Shown: one piece after another, positions 47,400 to 54,055 of the stretch
How positions within the stretch are numbered: the stretch's first letter is position 1
Layout of the letters: each line of letters starts with the position of its first letter
Virus record (IMG/VR): IMGVR_UViG_3300020362_000006
Span: 1 to 54,055 of that record
Direction: 5' to 3' (one strand)
From: a virus
Taxonomy: Duplodnaviria; Caudoviricetes
DNA: 54,055 nt
Position numbers and translations under genes: made by a program
Notes under the pieces: model-generated
The model's input: only the letters and a program-made list of their open reading frames with translations
The model's database searches: none
Told to the model about the DNA's origin: nothing

Positions 47400-50300
47400 C
47401 CGTATTGACATATTTGATGATGGAACTGATGTAGCGGAACCAGAAGTTCCGACATTTCTTGGCGTCGAACAAGAAAAGTTGGGACGACAGGACTACACCA
47501 GTAACTTTGTCAACTTTTTTAGTCAATACTATGGTATGGATTCTCTAGGTTCAGGTCTTGGTGACATAGGTATCGGGATAGACGAACCCGAAGACATAAC
47601 AGAGTTATCAACACCCGAAGTACGGGAACCTACGGGCGATGATAAAAGCATGGGGACTTTTGAGTCGTCGTTTCCGGGTGTGGATATTGGAGAAGTCTCA
47701 TACGACTACTCTGGTGGTAGTAATCCCTTTGACAGCTATTCCGATTATCTAGGTAGCACTGCAGAATATAAAGACCGGGTTCCCGGCATGGAATTTTTTA
47801 CAGAACCTCTTGTTACAGGTAACTTTGAGGGTATAGATTTGTCTAAAGCTTTTTTTGGAGAGTACGAAGCTACAAAAACAGATATAAAAGAGGCTCCCGG
47901 AACATTGGGTGAAATTCTTAAAGGCAATATTACAGAAGACCAAAAAAGAAAATTAGCTTCGGGCCTTTTTGCAGGAATAGGGGGTGGAAGTTTATTTGGT
48001 GCAACTATAGGCTCCATAACTGGCGGGGATGTTGTAAAAAACGCATTTGGTAATAACAGTATGCGTCCGAATGGTCTACTAGGACTTGCTGCTGATATTA
48101 CCCATGCTGTTCAGTACAGCGACATGGCACAGATTAGAGCGGCTCACGCGGCCAATGCCGCTCTTGGAAAAAAATCCTTTGATAGTGGTGCTCTTCCTGA
48201 TGAATTAACGACAGGTGCGTCTTCTTTTACACCCACAGGGTTTGCCATGGAATTTAGCACGGGATTTGGTGTTACCCGTCGCCCCGGCTCTATTTATTAC
48301 AATGGCAATACCATGGGTATGTCTCGTAGCCAACTTGAAGCTATGGAAGCTGTACAAAGAGGCTATGTTCCAAAATCATTTGATGTAAAGACGGAAACGG
48401 GCACTACCTTTGCGGCTGCAGGATGGTTGGCAACGGGAAACACTGGTAAAGATGGAGCACCGGGTGAAGGTCAGGGTTTTTACACCGACACAGGTTCTTT
48501 TTACAGCCCTAGCACGAACAGCTACTCAGCCTATGGTCGAAAGGAGAGTGCTATAGCTGCAGCAGTCAAAGCCGGGATTAGTCTCGACGAGTTTAACAGA
48601 GCACTAGCGGATGCTCGTAACGGAAAGGGCAAGCTGTCCGATAACGTTAATAAGATAAGACAAGACAATCTCAACAAAGCAGAGGCAGCTAGAAAAGCAG
48701 AGGAAGCTAGAAAAGAAGCAGAGGCTCAAGCAAAGAGAGATGCAGAAATTAGAAGTCAACGATTTGACCATTACGGCAGTGGCGGCGGCAGTGGCCCTGA
48801 TGACCCACATGGATTTGGTACTGCTTCTGATGAAATAGGGGGACTCAGCCACGCACGAGGCGGTAAAGTCGGCTACGCTCTTGGAACCCCATCAGAGGGC
48901 GTTCAGCAGCCTAGCGGCTTCATAGACGCTCCGCCATCACAGGTTGCCGATGGTCAAAAGGTTGCCGACAACCGCGACATGGAAGTCAAAGAGGGCACCT
49001 ACGTTCTTAATGCGGCTGCTGTCGAGTTCGCGGGAGAACAAGACATTCGTAAGATGATTATGGATGCCCAGAAGGAAGCGATTCGCAGAGGATTGTCCAC
49101 TGAAGACTTTGAGAGGCACTCTGACCTTATTGACATAGCTGTGTCTAGCGGCGAAGTAACCATAGCCCCACATCTAGTAAAGATTATTGGCGAAGACCGC
49201 CTAGAAAAGATTAATAACAGAGGATTACGTAAAACCGAAGAGCGTATTCAAAGGGCAGAAGCAGACAGGCCACAGGCAGACCGTCCAGTGCCCGTTAGTC
49301 GAGGCGGGTTTTTGTATCATGCAGGCGGAGAGGTTCACTCCCATGCCAAGGCTGCTCAATCTTCTGAAAGTTCTGAAAGAGATAACTTTTATGAAGAAAT
49401 GGACGAGTTGAGAAAAAGACAAGATGAACAGGCTAGAAGACAATCACAAACTCCTAGTTTAAACACAGGGGGTGAGAAATTAAGGTACAGGCAGGGCATA
49501 GAGTTTGGGGACATCGAGGTCTACGCAGACATATTAGGTAAAACAAACTACAATAGTTTGATACAAGCTGCAGCTAGAGATACCCGAACTTTAAGTGATT
49601 ATGTAACTACTTTGAAAAAAGATGAAGAAGTAGCATCCTTTATTGGAAACCCTTTAGGGCAATATAGTAGAAGCGCATATAGTGAGGATATACTTAATGT
49701 AGGCCCTTATGAATCTGGCATTACAATGAAAAACCCTTCGTTTTTCTTAAATCCTGATACGAGTAATACAAAAGGATATACAGCAGTATTAGCACACGAG
49801 CTTATGCATAAAGGTGCAGACACGTTAGCAAACGACCCCAATTTCAAACCTAGTGAAGCACTAGTAAAAATGCAGCAGAAATATTCTGAAATACCTAGTA
49901 TTACGGATGAAGGCGGTAGTAAAGCAGCAGGACAAAGAGTCAGTCAGGGGGACGCCGAACATAGATATATTGCAGCAGTTATAGGTCAAGCTTACCTAAA
50001 AAGAGATATGGAAAGTCTGACAGGTACGATGCAAAAGCTTAAAAAAGAGGGCATAAAAATAACTGATTACGAGGCAAAATTTACTACAAAAAAAGACGGT
50101 ACTGTGGATTATGATTTAGTTGCCTTTTACAGAGCCGTTGACAAAAAGGACATTTCACTTGAAAGAAAATTTGCTGTTAGAAATGAAATAAGACGTGTGT
50201 ACAGTCTATATTTAACAGATGAGAACAGAAATCAATTTATTGATGAAAACAAAACTATGTTCGAAGAAGATTATGGTTTACCCATGAATCTTGATTCAAT

Positions 50301-50523
50301 AGAGGATATTCCGTATTCAGCCCTTCTTAAATCATATGCATCAATTAACAGAATTATGGCAGAGGATTACATGACTCAGTTATTTGAAGGGGCAGTAGCA
50401 AATAAGCCTGTTGATATTCCGCGTATGGAAAAACAGCCTACCCCTGAAATAGACCTGCCACCTGAACAAAAATATGAACGCGGCTTCTTAGATAAAATGC
50501 TAGGTGTAACACCCGCGTACTAA
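47392..50523 (+). CDS. Large multidomain virion protein with zincin HExxH motif
   Basis: 1043 aa; G-rich TM-like patch, ARGG motif, duplicated D..GEyVl motif, VLAHELMH. Confidence 0.65.
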   Translation: MVDRIDIFDDGTDVAEPEVPTFLGVEQEKLGRQDYTSNFVNFFSQYYGMDSLGSGLGDIGIGIDEPEDITELSTPEVREPTGDDKSMGTFESSFPGVDIGEVSYDYSGGSNPFDSYSDYLGSTAEYKDRVPGMEFFTEPLVTGNFEGIDLSKAFFGEYEATKTDIKEAPGTLGEILKGNITEDQKRKLASGLFAGIGGGSLFGATIGSITGGDVVKNAFGNNSMRPNGLLGLAADITHAVQYSDMAQIRAAHAANAALGKKSFDSGALPDELTTGASSFTPTGFAMEFSTGFGVTRRPGSIYYNGNTMGMSRSQLEAMEAVQRGYVPKSFDVKTETGTTFAAAGWLATGNTGKDGAPGEGQGFYTDTGSFYSPSTNSYSAYGRKESAIAAAVKAGISLDEFNRALADARNGKGKLSDNVNKIRQDNLNKAEAARKAEEARKEAEAQAKRDAEIRSQRFDHYGSGGGSGPDDPHGFGTASDEIGGLSHARGGKVGYALGTPSEGVQQPSGFIDAPPSQVADGQKVADNRDMEVKEGTYVLNAAAVEFAGEQDIRKMIMDAQKEAIRRGLSTEDFERHSDLIDIAVSSGEVTIAPHLVKIIGEDRLEKINNRGLRKTEERIQRAEADRPQADRPVPVSRGGFLYHAGGEVHSHAKAAQSSESSERDNFYEEMDELRKRQDEQARRQSQTPSLNTGGEKLRYRQGIEFGDIEVYADILGKTNYNSLIQAAARDTRTLSDYVTTLKKDEEVASFIGNPLGQYSRSAYSEDILNVGPYESGITMKNPSFFLNPDTSNTKGYTAVLAHELMHKGADTLANDPNFKPSEALVKMQQKYSEIPSITDEGGSKAAGQRVSQGDAEHRYIAAVIGQAYLKRDMESLTGTMQKLKKEGIKITDYEAKFTTKKDGTVDYDLVAFYRAVDKKDISLERKFAVRNEIRRVYSLYLTDENRNQFIDENKTMFEEDYGLPMNLDSIEDIPYSALLKSYASINRIMAEDYMTQLFEGAVANKPVDIPRMEKQPTPEIDLPPEQKYERGFLDKMLGVTPAY

Positions 50524-50526
50524 TCC

Positions 50527-50593
50527 GCTGGCTACCCACAAACTTGTGGCCCCAGCACAACCGGAGCGGCTACCCACAGCCATGTGGCCCCGC
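50527..50593 (+). promoter_or_regulatory. Tandem RNA hairpins in scaffold leader
   Basis: GGCTACCCACA-N4-TGTGGCCCC twice, each closing a stem with identical internal loop. Confidence 0.65.
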
Positions 50594-50609
50594 AAGTGAG
50601 GTAAACAAA

Positions 50610-51512
50610 ATGGCAAAAGCAAGAGGCCACCGTGCCAACAAAGCAAACGACTCGTTTGGAACCGTAAACAACGAAGGACTGTATCGCGGCAAATATCGCG
50701 ATGAAGTTTATCAAGAGGACGAAGAAGGACAAGTCGAAGCCCAAGAGGCTGACCCCGCAGACCAACAGGAAGCGGCTACTCAGCAAGAAGAAACGGGCGA
50801 TAGTTTCGTGGAAGCAAAGAAGGATACTTCAGAAAACCACGATTACAAAAAACGGTATGATGATTTGAAACGTCATTACGATGAGAAGGTAGGCGAGTTC
50901 AAAGGAGAAATCGAATCCCTTCGCAAAACAATGACAGAACGGGCAGCGGAAATGCCACGCGGCGTTACCCCACCAAAGACACAGGAAGAACTGGAAGAGT
51001 TCAAAGAACGGTACCCAGATGTGTTCGAAGTGGTCCAGACAGTTTCAAGTATGCAAACCGAATCACAGGTTGCAAAACTACGTGAAGAACTAGGCACTAT
51101 TAAGGAACGTGAAAAGGAACTGGAAAAGCAGAAAGCCTACGAGGAACTGCTAAGACTCCAGCCAGAGTTCGCGGAACTTAAAACAGATGAAAAGTTCCTT
51201 GCATGGTTAGAAGAACAACCAGCCTCTATCGCAGATGGTATTTACAAAAATAACACAGATGCGAGATGGGCGGCACGGGTCGTAGACCTCTACAAAGCTG
51301 ACACTGGTTCAGCAAAGAAGAAAACCAAGTCTGCGTCAGCAGCAGAAGCCGTAACCAAAAGCCCTGCGAGGGAAGTACGGACAGATGCTACCGATGGTAA
51401 AAAGATTTGGAAAGCTTCACAAATCGGCAAGATGAAACCGTGGGAGTTTGAGAAGATGGAAGCAGAACTCGACGCCGCACGGGCTGAAGGCCGAATCGAT
51501 TACAACTCTTAA
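50610..51512 (+). CDS. Capsid scaffolding protein
   Basis: SD GAGGT; acidic coiled coil, YKKRYDDLKRH, C-terminal ARAEGRI. Confidence 0.75.
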   Translation: MAKARGHRANKANDSFGTVNNEGLYRGKYRDEVYQEDEEGQVEAQEADPADQQEAATQQEETGDSFVEAKKDTSENHDYKKRYDDLKRHYDEKVGEFKGEIESLRKTMTERAAEMPRGVTPPKTQEELEEFKERYPDVFEVVQTVSSMQTESQVAKLREELGTIKEREKELEKQKAYEELLRLQPEFAELKTDEKFLAWLEEQPASIADGIYKNNTDARWAARVVDLYKADTGSAKKKTKSASAAEAVTKSPAREVRTDATDGKKIWKASQIGKMKPWEFEKMEAELDAARAEGRIDYNS

Positions 51513-51538
51513 ACCTCAAATGAGGAAGGAAAAGACCA

Positions 51539-52519
51539 ATGGCTTTTGATAGAGCATCAGGTTATAATAACCTGCCTTCCGGTAACTTTACACCGGAAAT
51601 TTTTAGCCAAAAAGTTCTTAAATTCTTCCGTCGCGCTTCGGTTGCCGAAGATATTACGAATACCGATTACGCGGGGGAAATTGAAAACTTTGGCGACACC
51701 GTTCGCATCATCAAGGAACCAACAATTACGGTTTCTTCATATGCGCGTGGTTCCGTAGTTAACCCTCAAGACTTGTCCGACGACCAAACAACTATGGTTG
51801 TTGACCAAGCCAACGCATTTGCGTTCAAGATTGACGATATCGAAGAGCGTCAGTCTCACGTAAACTTTGAAGCACTGGCAACTTCATCAGGTGCCTATTC
51901 ATTGAAGCGTAAGTACGATGCCAACATCTTGCAAGCTATCTCTGATGGCGCAGGTCTTGCTGGTGCCGACGATGCCTCATTGACAGGTGGCTTGACTACT
52001 ACCAATACTTCTCTTGGTACGGCTGCTGCCCCAATCGATGTTGCTGGTACGAAAGACAACGGCATCAACTTGATGCTTCTGATGGCACGTGTTCTGGACG
52101 ACCAGAGTGTTCCTGAAGAAAATCGTTGGTTTGTTGCTCCACCAGCATTCTACGAGAATCTGTTTAGTGCAGGTGCGAAGTTTGCCGAAGTTCAGGTAAC
52201 TGGCGACGGTACTTCACCGCTGCGTAACGGTCTTGTTATGCAGGGCAACATTGCTGGCTTTAACTGCTACAAGTCAACTGCCTTGAATTCAACAGGCGGT
52301 ACAGACCAAGTCACTATGACTGGTTTGGCGACTGATGGCTCAGAGAACATCGTTCTTGCAGGTCACATGTCATCAACTGCAACTGCTTCGCACATTGCGA
52401 AGACTGAAGTTGTACGTTCAACTGAAACCTTTAGCGATATCATTCGTGGATTGCATGTATTCGGACGCAAAGTATTACGTCCAGAAGCCATCGTTCGCGG
52501 CGTTATCGACTTTGCATAA
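51539..52519 (+). CDS. Major capsid protein
   Basis: NFTPEIFS, ITNTDYAGEI, GDTVRI, RGLHVFGRKVLRPEA; SD AAGGA. Confidence 0.9.
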   Translation: MAFDRASGYNNLPSGNFTPEIFSQKVLKFFRRASVAEDITNTDYAGEIENFGDTVRIIKEPTITVSSYARGSVVNPQDLSDDQTTMVVDQANAFAFKIDDIEERQSHVNFEALATSSGAYSLKRKYDANILQAISDGAGLAGADDASLTGGLTTTNTSLGTAAAPIDVAGTKDNGINLMLLMARVLDDQSVPEENRWFVAPPAFYENLFSAGAKFAEVQVTGDGTSPLRNGLVMQGNIAGFNCYKSTALNSTGGTDQVTMTGLATDGSENIVLAGHMSSTATASHIAKTEVVRSTETFSDIIRGLHVFGRKVLRPEAIVRGVIDFA

Positions 52520-52532
52520 GGGGGACTGAGAT

Positions 52533-52979
52533 ATGCCTTTTCAAATTGCAAATGCTGGTACTACTGGCTATAGCGCAAAGGGTCCAAACGTCAAAGTCCT
52601 GAGTCAAGTCGTTGATTTGACAGATTCTGATTTCGGAACCCTTGCTGCAGCCGATACGATTGAGGTTCTTTCAGTACCTGCTGGCACTGTCGTGCTTTCT
52701 GCAGGTTATGAAATCCTTACCGTAGGAACAGGTTCAGGTACACTGTCACTGGGTGATGGCGGAGACGTAGACCGTTACGTTGCTGCTGTTGCACAGACTG
52801 CTGCTGGTCAAAAGACAGCACTGGCAACAAACGTGCCTCATCTGTACACTGCTGCAGACACAATCGACCTGAAGAGTGCAACTGCTGTTTGTAACTCAAA
52901 GGTTAATGTGTGGGCAGTTATCTGTGACTGTAATAACGTCGAAGACGCTATGCACGTTACTTATAACGACAATACATAA
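52533..52979 (+). CDS. Putative capsid decoration/minor capsid protein
   Basis: 148 aa beta-rich directly after MCP. Confidence 0.55.
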   Translation: MPFQIANAGTTGYSAKGPNVKVLSQVVDLTDSDFGTLAAADTIEVLSVPAGTVVLSAGYEILTVGTGSGTLSLGDGGDVDRYVAAVAQTAAGQKTALATNVPHLYTAADTIDLKSATAVCNSKVNVWAVICDCNNVEDAMHVTYNDNT

Positions 52980-52989
52980 CTTACTGTCT

Positions 52990-53013
52990 GGGGGCAGGGC
53001 AACTTGCCCCCTT
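52990..53013 (+). terminator. Stem-loop after capsid genes
   Basis: GGGGGCAGG-GCAA-CTTGCCCCC, weak T tail. Confidence 0.55.
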
Positions 53014-53040
53014 GACAACCCGGCAACGACGTGATATAAG
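53012..53040 (+). promoter_or_regulatory. Sigma70-type promoter
   Basis: TTGACA-17-TATAAG with TGn extension. Confidence 0.6.
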
Positions 53041-53066
53041 CGTGTAAACCTGCCGGGAGATATACC

Positions 53067-53756
53067 ATGAATTATATTACAAGCAACATTCCATACTTTA
53101 AAGCTTGGGTACGTAGAGAATACACAACTAATTTTGACCGATATCATGGAGAGTTCCTTCATGCAATGGTCATAGCAGTAACCACCTTACCAATGAAAAC
53201 CCTGTCGTTTCAGGTTTTGTTCACAGGGTGTGATGAAGAAGAAAATATACACGGTGGGGCAATGTGGGCACGAATGCCTTTGACAGCCCTTGTAGGTGAC
53301 ACACCATTTGAAGAGTGGCCTACACCAATGCCAACATATCTGGCTCAACCGTGGGATTGCCAATCTCATCATCATTCGGTTTTTGTTTTGAACAGAGCAA
53401 CACCGTGTCCGTGGTTAGCTAAAATTGATGGGGACTTTTTCCCTGCTAAATATTACTTCACAATTGATTACACAAACACTGAAGTAGCAGATGACCCAGC
53501 CCAACACAAACAAAGCCATGTGCTAGAATTGATGGATGCTGGTGAGTGGACAGGCAACATAGTTGCACTGCCAAATAATAGAGTAAGGGTGACGAACCCT
53601 GCTTGGTTTGTAACGGGCGATGGCCCACCGGACTTCACTCCTAGTCAGTGGGTTCACCATTCTAAACAAGACCCAAACTATGTAGAAGATACAGCACGGG
53701 TGTTTAACAATCTTTACGCGGAGAGCGATTATGAAAAAGACGATGATGAAGAGTAA
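53067..53756 (+). CDS. Conserved marine-phage hypothetical protein
   Basis: HGGAMWARMP..QPWDC..HKQSH..ALPNNRV; SD GGGAG. Confidence 0.8.
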   Translation: MNYITSNIPYFKAWVRREYTTNFDRYHGEFLHAMVIAVTTLPMKTLSFQVLFTGCDEEENIHGGAMWARMPLTALVGDTPFEEWPTPMPTYLAQPWDCQSHHHSVFVLNRATPCPWLAKIDGDFFPAKYYFTIDYTNTEVADDPAQHKQSHVLELMDAGEWTGNIVALPNNRVRVTNPAWFVTGDGPPDFTPSQWVHHSKQDPNYVEDTARVFNNLYAESDYEKDDDEE

Positions 53757-53946
53757 AGGCATGAAGCGTGGCGGCAAAATGAAATCAAAAGGCTATGCAA
53801 AAGGTGGTAAAACACGTATGGCTATGAAATCAAAAGGCTATGCAAAGGGCGGTAAAGCTAAAGGTTCAGCAAAAGGTGGGGCAATGACTCTTGCTTCCCT
53901 ACGTGCTGCAGCTAAGAAAAAGGGTTATAAGTTAGTAAAGGCTTAA
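53731..53946 (+). CDS. Lys/Gly-rich repeat protein
   Basis: MKSKGYAKGGK repeats; SD GGAG. Confidence 0.7.
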   Translation: MKKTMMKSKGMKRGGKMKSKGYAKGGKTRMAMKSKGYAKGGKAKGSAKGGAMTLASLRAAAKKKGYKLVKA

Positions 53947-53948
53947 TC

Positions 53949-54055
53949 ATGGCACCCAGAAAAAAATCCACACCTAAAAAGAAATCAAGCAAAAGCCCTA
54001 CCCCTAAGAACAAGGCACTTTATGCAAGGGTGAAGGCAGAGGCTAAACGTAAGTT
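53949..54055 (+). CDS. Basic protein, truncated by window end
   Basis: MAPRKKSTPKK..PKNKALYARVKAEAKRK open to end. Confidence 0.6.
   Translation, partial: MAPRKKSTPKKKSSKSPTPKNKALYARVKAEAKRK

Larger units (their letters stand above)
1..54055. mobile_element. Bacteriophage genome (near complete), marine podovirus, HMO-2011-like gene set
   Basis: TerS/TerL/portal/scaffold/MCP, tail adaptor/nozzle/fibre, primase/helicase/PolA with DnaJ insert, RNR, lysozyme; no host housekeeping genes. Confidence 0.95.

Noticed and set aside
53949-54055. Circular closure of window end to base 1
   Set aside because: No terminal overlap seen and the two partial ORFs do not join in frame; a gap is likely
1-54055. 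tRNA/tmRNA genes suggested by frequent GTTCGA (T-loop-like)
   Set aside because: Occurrences lie in coding sequence or promoters, and no cloverleaf was found around those inspected; tRNAscan-SE/ARAGORN would settle it

Overview
Near-complete (~54 kb, both ends cut inside small basic ORFs) genome of a marine T7-architecture podovirus without its own RNA polymerase. Gene content points to the HMO-2011-type/related group of marine alphaproteobacterial phages: family A DNA polymerase with a DnaJ-type CxxCxGxG zinc insert, class II RNR, MazG, and an MsmA-like oxygenase subunit. Layout: lysis and accessory genes (0-4.3 kb, +); tail, fibre cassettes and internal virion proteins (4.4-24.4 kb, +); replication/nucleotide module (24.4-34.5 kb, -); early genes (34.6-39.9 kb, +); non-coding repeat-rich junction (39.9-40.6 kb); packaging/head module (40.6-54 kb, +). 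Best candidates for undescribed biology: (1) two promoter-hairpin-seed-terminator small RNAs, one with a G/U seed complementary to a C/A-rich motif in the translation-start regions of several early genes; (2) two cassettes of one adaptor plus three paralogous fibre-tip proteins joined by a conserved GGAGAYYTAGC-stop/start junction; (3) a non-canonical tyrosine recombinase coupled to TerL; (4) a Rieske-less MsmA-like subunit; (5) genome-wide excess of GTTCGC/GCGAAC and apparent absence of GATC; (6) a split DNA polymerase, a gene overprinted on the portal tail, an ArfA-like peptide and tandem RNA hairpins before the scaffold gene. All family calls come from reading motifs by eye; no searches were run.
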